Notes under the pieces: generated by a model
The model's input: only the letters and a program-made list of their open reading frames with translations
Database searches by the model: none
Told to the model about the DNA's origin: nothing
Assembly: GCA_964645475.1 (NCBI GenBank)
Contig: CAZYAC010000001.1
Coordinates: 1 to 45,852, forward strand
Source: an uncultured Saprospiraceae bacterium
GTDB lineage: Bacteria; Bacteroidota; Bacteroidia; Chitinophagales; Saprospiraceae
Reading direction: 5' to 3'
Length of the DNA stretch: 45,852 nt
Shown here: positions 1 through 10,147 of the stretch, piece by piece
Position numbering within the stretch: position 1 is the stretch's first letter
How the letters are laid out: every line of letters begins with the position of its first letter
Translations under genes and position numbers: made by a program

Positions 1-414
1 TTTTTTAAGTATTTTTGCTGGGATACCTCCAACAATACAATTTTCTTCCACATCATTGATTACCACTGCATTAGGAGCTATGATCACATTATCACCGATT
101 TTGATCGGGCCAAGTACTCTAGCACCGGCCGCGATATAGACCTTATTGCCGATGATAGGAACAGTAGGATTTTTAGAACGACCTCCTATCGTTATTCCTT
201 GGCCAATGGTACAATGATCTCCAATAATAGCATCTTGATGGATGACAACACCTATTCCTGAATGTCCAAAAAGGCTATTTTTTCCTATAGAGACACTGCT
301 AGGAATATCGCTATTGTATAATAAAAAAATACAGAATCTACATAACCTTGGCAATAAAGGAATTTTCTTTTTGTATAAAAAATGACTGATACGATGTATT
401 TTTATTAGGTTCAT
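1..414 (-). CDS. Hexapeptide-repeat O-acetyltransferase, serine-acetyltransferase (CysE/WcaB)-like; 3' end runs off the left edge
   Basis: Absent from the ORF track because it is open at the window edge. My reverse-strand translation from the ATG at 412-414 reads MNLIKIHRISHFLYKKKIPLLPRLCRFCIFLLYNSDIPSSVSIGKNSLFGHSGIGVVIHQDAIIGDHCTIGQGITIGGRSKNPTVPIIGNKVYIAAGARVLGPIKIGDNVIIAPNAVVINDVEENCIVGGIPAKILKK. This shows left-handed beta-helix hexapeptide repeats. The start lies 1 nt after the upstream stop. Confidence 0.7.
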   Translation of the reverse strand, partial: MNLIKIHRISHFLYKKKIPLLPRLCRFCIFLLYNSDIPSSVSIGKNSLFGHSGIGVVIHQDAIIGDHCTIGQGITIGGRSKNPTVPIIGNKVYIAAGARVLGPIKIGDNVIIAPNAVVINDVEENCIVGGIPAKILKK

Positions 415-415
415 A

Positions 416-1495
416 TTATCGCTGATTATCCTGTTCTTCTTTATAATATTTTTCTTTATAAAAATAATTACTAAATAAGGATTTAAATATGGGAAGTGCT
501 ACCAAATCTCTTATAAAAACGGTCAAAAATTGATATATCCTACTACGAAAAGAACGGTGTATGATAATATTTTCTTTTTGTTTCATTCCTATTTGCTTTG
601 CTCGAAAAATTTGCTTGACATTGTCTTTTTGGTTGTACCAAATGCGTCGTCTGAGGGATAATGGTTTGAAATCTTTTTCCTCGATATCGTTTATTAAATG
701 ATAACCTAATTGTTCTAACAATCCTCCTTGTATTTGTTCTATTTTTAGAATTTCCTTAGTCGACAATTCTTTTTTCCAGGTATTAATTTTTGATTTATCA
801 ATACTCGTTTTTACATACTGTTTTTCTTCTGACAAATCATTCGTGGGCGATAAATCAAGTATTTTTTTTGAAAAAGGTATTTCTAAGAAATCACAAATCG
901 AAGCTAAGGTTTCCGCCGTTTGACCAAGTAGTTTTTCATACTTGATAATCATATATTGCTGCTTGCCTATCATTTCTTGGTTTACCAATCCGTAAATATT
1001 TCCATCCAACCATTCTTGTGCGGCTAATTCTAAATTTTTATGAGATCGAGTTGACATGCTATAAGCATTAGCGCGTCCATCTCTGACAATATGAATGATT
1101 TTGGCAGCGGGGATTAACAATTGTAGGTCATTAAAAAAATGCTGTAAGTTGGGTGATTTATCTCCCCATAATTGCTTATTGTTTCTCTCTATTTTTTTGT
1201 TAATAGAAGTCGAGATCAAGTCTCGAATATTGTCGTACTGGTTTATATTTTCAACATCTATTAGTTCGGCCAACCGACCTTTATCATCGTTTTGCACCAA
1301 CCATTGTTGAAAGGCTTTTTGATCATGCTGAATATTATAAGGAAGTAGTTCATACTGATTTTTAAAGCAAGTAATTATTCTAAATCCAATCGAACGAGGT
1401 TCCATTAATATATCTGGATGTTTACCCAGCATATGCGACAATAAAGTCGTTCCTGAACGTTGAACGCCTACGATGAAAAATGCTTGTTCGCTCAT
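416..1495 (-). CDS. PAPS-dependent sulfotransferase family protein
   Basis: The N-terminal FIVGVQRSGTTLLSHMLGKHPD matches the 5'-phosphosulfate-binding loop (x-RSGTT-L). A later IVRDGRANAYS fits a 3'-PB-type motif. ATGA overlap with the upstream gene. Confidence 0.8.
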   Translation of the reverse strand: MSEQAFFIVGVQRSGTTLLSHMLGKHPDILMEPRSIGFRIITCFKNQYELLPYNIQHDQKAFQQWLVQNDDKGRLAELIDVENINQYDNIRDLISTSINKKIERNNKQLWGDKSPNLQHFFNDLQLLIPAAKIIHIVRDGRANAYSMSTRSHKNLELAAQEWLDGNIYGLVNQEMIGKQQYMIIKYEKLLGQTAETLASICDFLEIPFSKKILDLSPTNDLSEEKQYVKTSIDKSKINTWKKELSTKEILKIEQIQGGLLEQLGYHLINDIEEKDFKPLSLRRRIWYNQKDNVKQIFRAKQIGMKQKENIIIHRSFRSRIYQFLTVFIRDLVALPIFKSLFSNYFYKEKYYKEEQDNQR

Positions 1496-2454
1496 GTTTT
1501 ATCTATCTCTGTTTCCATCATCCATGTTCTAAAAGCCTGAATACCTTCCCGAAAGCTAGTGGTTGGTTCAAAACCCAATAATCGTTTTGCTTTGGAGATA
1601 TCAGCATAAGTTTGAGGGACATCACCAGGCTGCATAGGTAATCTATTGATAATTGCTTTTTCCTCAAATACGGACTCAATGGTTTCAATCATTTCACTCA
1701 AAGAGACGGTACCATGATTTCCTAAATTGATAATTTCATAATCTGTTTCATTATAATCTATGGCGGCTCGAACGCCTCTCAACAGATCATCTATAAAAGT
1801 ATAATCTCTTCTGGTACTCCCATCACCAAACATTGGAATCGCTTCTTTGTTGACGATCATTTTGGCAAATTTATGAATGGCTAGATCTGGTCGTTGACGA
1901 GGGCCATAGACCGTAAAAAACCGAAGTGCGATAAATCGTATTCCATATAAATTCGTGTAGACATGGCCCAATAATTCGCAAGATAATTTACTACTCGCGT
2001 AGGGGCTAATTGGCATCATATTTTGATCAGATTCCTTCCAAGGCACATTGGGATTGACACCATAGACACTACTTGAAGAAGCAAAAACAAATTGCTTGAT
2101 TTCTTTTTCCTTTGCTATTTCAAGCATATGTTGTGTTCCCATTACATTCGCTTGCTGACAAGCAACTGGGCTTTTGATAGAGGCATGAACGCCCGCTTTA
2201 GCCGCAACATGAACGATGGCATCATATTGGTCGTTTAACTGAATTTTTAGTTGATCTAGATCATTGATATCAATTTCTAAAAATTTAAATTTAGGATGCT
2301 TACGCAAACTGTTTAAATTTCGCTCTTTAATTCTTCGATCATAATACGGATCAAAATTATCAATGACTGTGACATGATAGTCTTCTTTAATGAGTTGCTC
2401 TGCAAGAGAACTTCCAATAAATCCAGCACCACCGGTAATTAATATATGTTGCAT
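1492..2454 (-). CDS. NAD-dependent SDR epimerase, UDP-glucuronate 4-epimerase-like
   Basis: Rossmann motif ITGGAGFIGSSL, catalytic SPYASSK (YxxxK), and ASSSSVYG plus RFFTVYGPRQRPDLA, which are typical of the Cap1J/LpsL-type uronate epimerase subfamily. Confidence 0.7.
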   Translation of the reverse strand: MQHILITGGAGFIGSSLAEQLIKEDYHVTVIDNFDPYYDRRIKERNLNSLRKHPKFKFLEIDINDLDQLKIQLNDQYDAIVHVAAKAGVHASIKSPVACQQANVMGTQHMLEIAKEKEIKQFVFASSSSVYGVNPNVPWKESDQNMMPISPYASSKLSCELLGHVYTNLYGIRFIALRFFTVYGPRQRPDLAIHKFAKMIVNKEAIPMFGDGSTRRDYTFIDDLLRGVRAAIDYNETDYEIINLGNHGTVSLSEMIETIESVFEEKAIINRLPMQPGDVPQTYADISKAKRLLGFEPTTSFREGIQAFRTWMMETEIDKT

Positions 2455-2466
2455 ATTTTTTTTGTT

Positions 2467-3504
2467 TTAAAAAAGTGCTTTTATGGCTGCTATTGCATTT
2501 CCAGCAACTTGTTCTGTGCTAAATTTTTTTTCAAAATACGATCTAGCATCTTTAGAGAATTTTTTGTAATTGTTTTTATTAAAAAAATTTATGGCCTCAA
2601 CCAAGGCTGTTGTTGAGCGAGGTTCGATGAGTAATCCTGTTTTTCTATTTTCTATAATTTCAGGAATCGCTTTCCAATTGGTTGTAATTACTGGTAAGCC
2701 TAAGCTATACGCTTCAATGATTACTCCAGGATATCCTTCTCCTTGATAAAAAGTTGGAAGTATTAAAACATCATATTTCTCTATGGTTTCTAACACTTCT
2801 TCTTTTTGTAAAACACCTTGATAAACTCCTTTTTGTTCGTCAAATTTTTCTTGAAATGACTTCCCTTGAGTCGATTCATAATTTTCTCTGATTGGTCCAT
2901 AAATATGAATGGTATAATCATCAGCGAGTTGTCTGGCAGCTTCTAATAAATGATCGATTCCTTTTGATTTGTTCACAAACCCTAAGTAAATAAACCGTTT
3001 TTCAAAATCTCGATTCCCTCTCACTTTTGTTGGCTTATCTCTTGAAGTCGGCAACTGAACGGTGTTGATATTTTTATTTTGATAAAACTGCATTAATTTT
3101 TTAGTTTGCAAAAAGAGTAAATCTGTTTTTAAGGTAGTTTTCTTAAATATCCAGTTTTGTAATTTACCAAACCGTGCTGTATAATCTTTAAAATCGCCTC
3201 CAAAAGGTCGCACCACAAATTTCAATCTAAATAACTTTGCAATAAGGTATAAAATGGGAGAAAGATATTTTATACCTTTGTCGCTACAGTTTAAAAATAG
3301 CACGTCTGCTCTAAAAACGGTTTTTAAAACCTTTAACAGCACTAAAAAAGGATTTAAAATTTTCATTTTACCATTCGCAAAATGCTGCGTATTGACCAAG
3401 GTAAAAGATTCATTAAATACTTTCAAATAATCAATCAAGTACCCAAAAGAAATCGTGGCCCCTCCAATTAGATTTTCTTCTACATTGGTAACTGGTCCGA
3501 TCAA
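2467..3504 (-). CDS. Glycosyltransferase, GT4 (GT-B) family
   Basis: C-terminal EGYPGVIIEAYSLGLPVITT...TGLL corresponds to the E-x7-E-type donor-binding region of GT4 enzymes. Confidence 0.75.
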   Translation of the reverse strand: MIGPVTNVEENLIGGATISFGYLIDYLKVFNESFTLVNTQHFANGKMKILNPFLVLLKVLKTVFRADVLFLNCSDKGIKYLSPILYLIAKLFRLKFVVRPFGGDFKDYTARFGKLQNWIFKKTTLKTDLLFLQTKKLMQFYQNKNINTVQLPTSRDKPTKVRGNRDFEKRFIYLGFVNKSKGIDHLLEAARQLADDYTIHIYGPIRENYESTQGKSFQEKFDEQKGVYQGVLQKEEVLETIEKYDVLILPTFYQGEGYPGVIIEAYSLGLPVITTNWKAIPEIIENRKTGLLIEPRSTTALVEAINFFNKNNYKKFSKDARSYFEKKFSTEQVAGNAIAAIKALF

Positions 3505-3571
3505 TAATATGTGAATATTTTTTTTGATAAATTCTTTTTTTTGGCTAGTTCGCCTGCTAGCATAAGTACTA

Positions 3572-5500
3572 TTAAATTTTCACTTTAAATCGTTTTGCCC
3601 AGCCCAACAACTGCATCATCATCCATAGTTGATGTGCGGACTTAAAAACGCTTTCTTTAGCGGTATCTCGTAAGGTTGATATTCCCTTGTGGTAAATCTG
3701 TTTCAATAGTTTTTTATCAAAATAATTTGGCCAAGGGTTTTCGTCAAATAATAATCTTTTTGCTAAATTTTTGAATGCTTCGTTTTGATATTTATGCAAT
3801 GGGATACTAAATCCCATCTTAGGGTGACTAAATACTTCTTCTGGCAGTTGGTCTTTCATTATTTTCCGTAACAAATATTTTCCTGTTTTGCCATGGACTA
3901 ATAAATGATCTGGTAACTGTACCGATGCTTCAAATAAATCAGGATCTAAAAATGGTGCACGTACTTCTAAAGAATTAGCCATACTCATCCGATCTACTTT
4001 TATCAGCATATTAGCAGGTAAGGTATGATGCAATCGGTAGTACATAATTTTTCGTAGATCTGACCATTTTCCAGAATCAGCGGGATAGTTTTTTAAGTCA
4101 ACATAATTACTTTCGTTTTTAAATATTTTAGAAGAAGAAGTTGTCAAAATTTCTTGAACTTCATTGTTTGTAAACATTTCATTCAAGGCGATTGGAATCT
4201 CATCTACTGATTGAAAAGAGGTCGAAATTCCTCTTTTAAGCTTTCTAATTAACGAATTATTTTTAAACCCTGGAGTGGATTGCGCCAAAGACAAACTGCT
4301 ATTGGCCAAACTACGAATCGGTTGGGCTAAATTTTTTAAGCGAATAATTTTTTGGTACCATTGAAATAAATCATAGCCTCCAAAAAGTTCATCACCACCA
4401 TCTCCCGACAAGGCTACTTTTACGTGTTTGGCGATTTCTTTACTTACTAAATAAGATGGAATGGCGGAGCTATCTCTAAACGGTAGTCCAACATGATCAA
4501 TTATTTCCCAAAACATTTTTTCATCAAAATCAACATTAGGCACTAATATTTCTTGGTGATCGGTGCCGCAGTATTTAGCTACTTTGCGTGCAATGCTACT
4601 TTCGTCATAGGCTTGATCTTCAAAGCGTACGTTAAACGTTTTTATCGGCTGACTAGTTTGTGATTGCAATAAGGCTACCACGGTACTAGAATCGATTCCT
4701 CCGGACAAAAATGCGCCGATGGGTACATCGCTAACCGATTGTCTAAGGACTGCATTTTCTAATACGGGCTGAATGTACTCGATGGCTTCTTCTTCCCTAT
4801 TTATCTCTTTTCGTTTTTGATAATTGATCTTAAAATAAGGTTTTTCCTTGATCCCTTTTTCATTGAAAACCATATAGTGACCTGCTTGGAGGCTTTTGAT
4901 ATTTTTAAATAAAGTGATGGGTTCTGGAACTAGCGACGTTCGAAAATAATAAGGCAATGCTGCTTCGTTGAGCTGTCGATCTATATTCTTATTTTCCAAT
5001 AATGACTTTATTTCACTAGAAAAGGAAAAAACATTATTTACAAAGTGATAGTATAATGGTTTTTCGCCAAAGCGATCTCTTGCTAAAAAATAAGAATTCT
5101 TTTTTAGATCTACCAGACAAAAGCTAAACATTCCTTTTAGCATGGTTAACATTTCGACACCATATTCTTCGTACAAATGCACCAATACTTCTGTATCAGA
5201 AACGGTAGAAAAACGATGACCTTTAGCTATCAATGGTTCTTTTAATGCTAGATAATTATAAATTTCTCCATTAAAAAAAACATAAACATCCTTGGTTTCA
5301 TTGAAGATGGGTTGTTGTCCTCCAGTGTAATCGATGATAGATAAACGCCTCATTGCTATGGTAGAAAATTCGTTGGAATGCATCCCCGCACCATCCGGTC
5401 CACGGTGAATGATTGCTTGATTCATATTAGCAACCGTGGTTTGTCTTTTGTCTGTAGACAAATGATTTTTCCAATCAACAATACCACATATTCCACACAT
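3572..5500 (-). CDS. Asparagine synthase (glutamine-hydrolysing) family amidotransferase, AsnB/WbpS-like
   Basis: MCGICG Ntn-glutaminase N-terminus with Cys2, and an internal PP-loop FLSGGIDSS. The 642-aa length fits the family. Confidence 0.85.
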   Translation of the reverse strand: MCGICGIVDWKNHLSTDKRQTTVANMNQAIIHRGPDGAGMHSNEFSTIAMRRLSIIDYTGGQQPIFNETKDVYVFFNGEIYNYLALKEPLIAKGHRFSTVSDTEVLVHLYEEYGVEMLTMLKGMFSFCLVDLKKNSYFLARDRFGEKPLYYHFVNNVFSFSSEIKSLLENKNIDRQLNEAALPYYFRTSLVPEPITLFKNIKSLQAGHYMVFNEKGIKEKPYFKINYQKRKEINREEEAIEYIQPVLENAVLRQSVSDVPIGAFLSGGIDSSTVVALLQSQTSQPIKTFNVRFEDQAYDESSIARKVAKYCGTDHQEILVPNVDFDEKMFWEIIDHVGLPFRDSSAIPSYLVSKEIAKHVKVALSGDGGDELFGGYDLFQWYQKIIRLKNLAQPIRSLANSSLSLAQSTPGFKNNSLIRKLKRGISTSFQSVDEIPIALNEMFTNNEVQEILTTSSSKIFKNESNYVDLKNYPADSGKWSDLRKIMYYRLHHTLPANMLIKVDRMSMANSLEVRAPFLDPDLFEASVQLPDHLLVHGKTGKYLLRKIMKDQLPEEVFSHPKMGFSIPLHKYQNEAFKNLAKRLLFDENPWPNYFDKKLLKQIYHKGISTLRDTAKESVFKSAHQLWMMMQLLGWAKRFKVKI

Positions 5501-5516
5501 AGTTGGGTGTTTTTAA

Positions 5517-6065
5517 TCAAATTTTCTTCAAAATTTTAAACGGATTTCCTCCAATCACTACTCCGCTGGGCACGTTTTTGTGTACCAATGTATGAGCACC
5601 TACGACTACGTTATCTCCAATGGTCACCCCTTTAAGGACCGTACATTTATCACCAATCCATACATTGTTTCCAATTTTAATAGGAGCGGTTTTGTAACCA
5701 TTTAAAGTTAAGGTTTTCTTGTCCATTTCATAATGATGATCATGGTCTAGAATACTGACCATCTGTCCGATCGTGACATGATTGCCAATCAGAATTTCCT
5801 CGTGTGCTACTATCCGCGAATATCTATTAATTCCAAATTTTTCACCAATAATTATAGATCCTTTTGCGAAAAGCATCACGTGGTCATCAACAATAATCCG
5901 CTCCTTACAAATAATCTTCCCACTTTTAAAAATATGGACCCCAGTGTTTTTTCCTATCATAGATAAAGATGGACATTTAAATCTTTTTGGATAATAAAGT
6001 CTCAATATAAGATATCGAATGACGGAGGTTGCTTTGTACAAAAAAGATTTATAGACCATTCTCAT
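5517..6065 (-). CDS. Hexapeptide-repeat acetyltransferase (maltose/galactoside O-acetyltransferase-like)
   Basis: NVWIGDKCTVLKGVTIGDNVVVGAHTLVHKNVPSGVVIGGNPFKIL hexapeptide repeats. 4-nt overlap with the upstream gene. Confidence 0.75.
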   Translation of the reverse strand: MRMVYKSFLYKATSVIRYLILRLYYPKRFKCPSLSMIGKNTGVHIFKSGKIICKERIIVDDHVMLFAKGSIIIGEKFGINRYSRIVAHEEILIGNHVTIGQMVSILDHDHHYEMDKKTLTLNGYKTAPIKIGNNVWIGDKCTVLKGVTIGDNVVVGAHTLVHKNVPSGVVIGGNPFKILKKI

Positions 6066-7240
6066 AGGTTAACTTTTTGAGTTTTGGCCAATATTTCTTT
6101 TAAGTGTTTGACAACAGTAGGTCCATAAAATTGTTGGGCTGTTTTTTTGCTCGCAGCTATTAGTTTATTTTGATATTCCTGATTATTAATAATTTTTTCC
6201 AATCCTGCAATAATTGCTTTTTCAGATGGTTCATCTACTAATTCCGCACAGTCATTTTCTATTAAAAAGTCATTTAAAAAAGAACCGGCAGGTGAATGTG
6301 AAAAAATTGGTTTTCCAGATAATAAAAATGGGATGGTCCTGGTAGGAAAAATAGTTTTATACTCAATCTCTCCGTAGCCTCCGGTAAATCCATGGGTCAA
6401 AATACAAATATCATATGCTTGCAAAACGTCGTGCACTTCATCTGGGCTGACAAAACCTTCGTACGAAATAGCGTCTACATCAATGCCTCTACTTTTTAGT
6501 AAGACTTTGGGAACATGAGTATAAAGACTTAAACTAAACTTAGGGTGGTTTTTTATGGCATTTATAAATCGCTTGGTGGCGTCTAAGTTGGATTCATTAA
6601 AATTGCCGATGGCGACTAATTTATAATGATCTTTTGAGGCTGGTTTTACCTGATTGGTTGCTGCTGCTGGATTAGGATATTTATTAAAGGTGTGTACTAG
6701 TGGGATAAATTTATCAAGTTGATATTTTTTTTCATAGAATTTTTGCATTCCTTTGCTCATTACAAAAATATGTTGAGAGGCATCAAAAATTTCTTTTTGG
6801 ATAGTCTTGGCTTTAGGATCTGTGATCGCTATATTTTCGACATAGGTATTATGAAAATAAGGACTAAAAGGTATGTTTAATTCTTTGGCAGCAATACAAG
6901 CAGCATGACAATAAAAGGGATTGGGATATACGGCGATGACCTGATCAATTTTTTCTTTGATGATCATTGCTTTTATTTTTTTGATAAGCGGTTTAAATCG
7001 CCATTTTCTAAACCAAGTAAAGTAACGATATCCTCTTCCGAGAAAATAAAGTTCACTGAAAAAATAATGAAATTCGGGGCCTGTTTTTTTTCTACTAATG
7101 TTATTATTATCTTGTATTAGTTTTTCACTCCCTAATACAATCATTTCATCTTTGGTAAAGTTGCTAGCTAGATTTTCGACAATGACACTTGATCCGCCAT
7201 TGCTAGGTAATACAGACCAGCTAACTAACAGTATTTTCAT
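6062..7240 (-). CDS. Putative GT-B glycosyltransferase
   Basis: Size, position in the locus and an MKILLVSWS...GG N-terminus typical of GT4-like enzymes. The C-terminal motif is degenerate, so the family call is tentative. Confidence 0.5.
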   Translation of the reverse strand: MKILLVSWSVLPSNGGSSVIVENLASNFTKDEMIVLGSEKLIQDNNNISRKKTGPEFHYFFSELYFLGRGYRYFTWFRKWRFKPLIKKIKAMIIKEKIDQVIAVYPNPFYCHAACIAAKELNIPFSPYFHNTYVENIAITDPKAKTIQKEIFDASQHIFVMSKGMQKFYEKKYQLDKFIPLVHTFNKYPNPAAATNQVKPASKDHYKLVAIGNFNESNLDATKRFINAIKNHPKFSLSLYTHVPKVLLKSRGIDVDAISYEGFVSPDEVHDVLQAYDICILTHGFTGGYGEIEYKTIFPTRTIPFLLSGKPIFSHSPAGSFLNDFLIENDCAELVDEPSEKAIIAGLEKIINNQEYQNKLIAASKKTAQQFYGPTVVKHLKEILAKTQKVNL

Positions 7241-7272
7241 AAATTTATAATTTTTATGCTGGCTACTAGGGT

Positions 7273-8337
7273 TTACTTTGTTCCTCTAACTAATCTCTTG
7301 TTCCAACTTTCGGTAATCTCTTCAAAAACTGATTGTAGGTTTTTAGTAATTCCCCATTGAGGGTAATCTGATTTTATTTTTGTTAAATCACTAATATAAC
7401 AAATATGGTCGCCTTTTCTATTTTGGTCGCTGTATTTATACTTCATTTTATCTCCACTAATAGATTCTATTCGTTGAAATGCTTCTAAGATAGACGTAGA
7501 ATTTTCTCTTCCTCCACCAATATTGTATACTGCTGCTGATTTTGGATTTTCAAAAAACAATTCAATAAATCTAGCCACATCATAAGAATGAATATTGTCT
7601 CTTACCTGTTTTCCTTGATAACCAAAGATAGTATATTCATCGCCTACCAGATTAACTTTAATCAAGTAGCTTAAAAAACCATGTAATTCTACTCCAGAGT
7701 GATTAGGTCCTGTCAAACAACCACCTCGTAAGGCACAAGTAGGCATATTGAAGTATCGGCCGTATTCTTGTACCATTATATCTGCGGCGACTTTAGAAGC
7801 ACCAAAAATAGAATGCTTGGATTGGTCAATGGAAAAATCTTCATTGATTCCATTATAATATATTTTATCTCCATAATCCCATCGGGTCTCTAACTCTACC
7901 AAGTTGAGGTTATTAGGGCGATCTCCATATACTTTATTGGTGCTCATGTGAAGGAAAGGAGATTCAGGACAAAATTGCCTAGCTGCTTCTAATAGGTTCA
8001 GGGTACCCATGGCATTGACATCAAAATCATCAAAGGGACGAGAGGCCGCTAGATCATGGCTTGGTTGAGCAGCCGTATGACAGATATAGTCTGGGCGTTC
8101 TTGTTTGAACAAATCAGCTATGCCTATTCGATCACGAATATCTAGTTCTATGTGTTTGAAATGTTGGCATTCTTTAACCAATTGAGCTTGCACCCACCGA
8201 GTATCTCCTTTTTCTCCGAAGAAATCGGCTCTCATATTATTATCGAGGCCCAAAATTTGCCAGCCAAGTTTATCGAAATATCGAACTACTTCAGACCCAA
8301 TGAGGCCGGAAGAACCAGTTACTAAAAGTTTTTTCAT
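7273..8337 (-). CDS. NAD-dependent epimerase/dehydratase (CDP-paratose 2-epimerase-like SDR)
   Basis: [12 protein letters not shown] Rossmann motif and GASKVAAD (YxxxK-equivalent region). [13 protein letters not shown] is characteristic of this extended-SDR subgroup. Confidence 0.75.
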   Translation of the reverse strand: MKKLLVTGSSGLIGSEVVRYFDKLGWQILGLDNNMRADFFGEKGDTRWVQAQLVKECQHFKHIELDIRDRIGIADLFKQERPDYICHTAAQPSHDLAASRPFDDFDVNAMGTLNLLEAARQFCPESPFLHMSTNKVYGDRPNNLNLVELETRWDYGDKIYYNGINEDFSIDQSKHSIFGASKVAADIMVQEYGRYFNMPTCALRGGCLTGPNHSGVELHGFLSYLIKVNLVGDEYTIFGYQGKQVRDNIHSYDVARFIELFFENPKSAAVYNIGGGRENSTSILEAFQRIESISGDKMKYKYSDQNRKGDHICYISDLTKIKSDYPQWGITKNLQSVFEEITESWNKRLVRGTK

Positions 8338-8452
8338 TATAATAATTTCAGTCTGTTCTAATTATTTTAAGACTATTTTTTTTTAAGATAGCTTCATTAG
8401 TATTACGTACAGGCGCTATCATTTGGATTATTGGTACTAAAGTTTATGCTAT

Positions 8453-9328
8453 TTATAATCTTAGCCAATGATCATAGGTAAGATCAGAAGTATCAAAATT
8501 GTCATCATTGAACCATTTTTTAGGTGCAATCACCTTTTTATCCAGATTTTCATTTAGCCAAACTGCCCACCAGGCAAAAGAGCTATTAGGGATTATATAA
8601 TGCTTGCAGGCTATCATTAATTGCAGATAATTTCCAAATTTTCTGCCTTTATGTTCGTGTCCAACTATCTCTATTGGATATTCTAATTTTATGTTTTCTT
8701 GACACCATTTTATATCATCTGAAAATATAAAAAAAACAGGATTATCGACGATACTAGCCATATGTTTGGCAGCATTGATAAAATAATTTAGGTTGGTGGT
8801 ATTTAAGTTATCTACTTTTAGAAAATCTGTTCGGCGCACATTTAAACAAATTGCATTACTAGCTTTTATTTTATCCAATAAGGTTTTAGATGAGTCCAGA
8901 ATAGCCTCATTAAATTGGAAGGCATTTCTAATCTGTTCTTCTACACCTTGAAAATATAAGTGACTTTGAAACCAACCTTCATAAATGTTTTTCATGGATG
9001 CTGTAGCGATAAAGTCTTCTTGAAAATGAAAATCTATTTCCTTGATATGTTTTTTCCCATTAAGCACCCATTTTTCGATTAATTTCGTGACAGCTCTTGA
9101 TTTGGTTTGATAAATGGTTTGCAATAATTTAGGATTATTTAGAAAGTCTCCTTTAAGTTTAAAAATATCTAGGTCATAATTTCGATATACAAAGTCGCCT
9201 TTACTTCGATCGAGTAAAGAGGATAAATCTATCTTTAAATTAGTATTTAATTTGTTGGCTAATTTTAAACCAAATGCATATTGAAACATTTGATTGCCCA
9301 TTCCCCCTTTTAATCGTATAAAAATCAT
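8453..9328 (-). CDS. Alpha-1,2-fucosyltransferase, GT11 family
   Basis: N-terminal LKGGMGNQMFQYAFG, plus later VRRTDF and SSFAWWAVWL, are the conserved GT11 motifs. Confidence 0.8.
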   Translation of the reverse strand: MIFIRLKGGMGNQMFQYAFGLKLANKLNTNLKIDLSSLLDRSKGDFVYRNYDLDIFKLKGDFLNNPKLLQTIYQTKSRAVTKLIEKWVLNGKKHIKEIDFHFQEDFIATASMKNIYEGWFQSHLYFQGVEEQIRNAFQFNEAILDSSKTLLDKIKASNAICLNVRRTDFLKVDNLNTTNLNYFINAAKHMASIVDNPVFFIFSDDIKWCQENIKLEYPIEIVGHEHKGRKFGNYLQLMIACKHYIIPNSSFAWWAVWLNENLDKKVIAPKKWFNDDNFDTSDLTYDHWLRL

Positions 9329-9360
9329 TCTGCAAATTCTTTTAACCTTTCTTAAAATTA

Positions 9361-10134
9361 TTAGATCATATACGTTTTCATCTTATTTACCTCTGCCATT
9401 CCTAGTCCATTATGAACTGCCAACATATCAATCCCCAAGGAAAATACGGTATATTTTTTTTCTAAAAAACGAGCTGCCGCCTTTCGTTCTAGATCAGTTA
9501 AATGATGGTGTTCAAATAAAATAAATTTTGGTTGAAATCGGTTTAATTCTAGCTGAGATAAAATTTTCCAGTCGTAGCCTTCCGTATCAATATGTAATAC
9601 TGAAATTTGCTTCACTTTATTTCTATTAAAAAGTGTGTTGAGATCAATTCCCTCCAATAATGTTGCCTCAATAAAAGGGGCTAAAGCTCCGTCAAAGTGT
9701 TTCAAAATATGTTGTTTATCAAAAGATCCTAATTGATCAAACCAGTAAGGTAATTCAGGCAATGCTTTTTTAGCTGCTGAGTTTACCCAAAAAAAATCCA
9801 TCGTCTTACCTTCATTAATAGCGACATTTTCAAATGAAAAACGGTGTGAATCTGGATAATTATTTTTCAATTTTTCAAAACTATAAGGAACAGGTTCCAC
9901 AAAAAGCGCTTTCCATTTTTTATTTTTCTGAAGTAGTGGATACAAAGGGTCACCTGTTCTTCCATCATTTGATCCTATTTGTATAAGATAAGCATCTTCT
10001 GGTAATAATTTATCCATCCAATAAGCGGGTAACCGTTTATCTTTTAAGAAAGATTTTTTTAAAATTTTTCTTTTAACCCTAGCGAGTATGGTTTTTATAT
10101 TGGCCATTGTTATGTTTTTTATTCCAAGATTCAA
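9361..10134 (-). CDS. FkbM-family SAM-dependent methyltransferase
   Basis: IQIGSNDGRTGDP, FVEPVP and the LHIDTEGYDWKIL block (K-I-D-x-E-G-type FkbM signature). The start may instead be the second Met (MANIKT, 10107). Confidence 0.7.
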   Translation of the reverse strand: MNLGIKNITMANIKTILARVKRKILKKSFLKDKRLPAYWMDKLLPEDAYLIQIGSNDGRTGDPLYPLLQKNKKWKALFVEPVPYSFEKLKNNYPDSHRFSFENVAINEGKTMDFFWVNSAAKKALPELPYWFDQLGSFDKQHILKHFDGALAPFIEATLLEGIDLNTLFNRNKVKQISVLHIDTEGYDWKILSQLELNRFQPKFILFEHHHLTDLERKAAARFLEKKYTVFSLGIDMLAVHNGLGMAEVNKMKTYMI

Positions 10135-10147
10135 AAAGTAAAATATC

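Noticed and set aside
1095-1310. Short ORFs (60-91 aa) antisense to, or frame-shifted within, larger genes. Examples: 1095-1310, 5778-5994, 6905-7120, 14376-14579, 15397-15603, 16983-17234, 19090-19275, 21289-21861, 22268-22462, 25809-26000, 26468-26674, 27142-27351, 28078-28260, 29063-29251, 29660-29923, 30291-30476, 31689-31964, 34672-34872, 36726-36926, 37000-37185, 40788-40988, 42791-43000, 44266-44892, 45310-45510.
   Set aside because: Each is fully embedded in a longer ORF that has clear family motifs. Their translations are low-complexity with no recognisable motifs. Such ORFs are expected by chance in AT-rich DNA.
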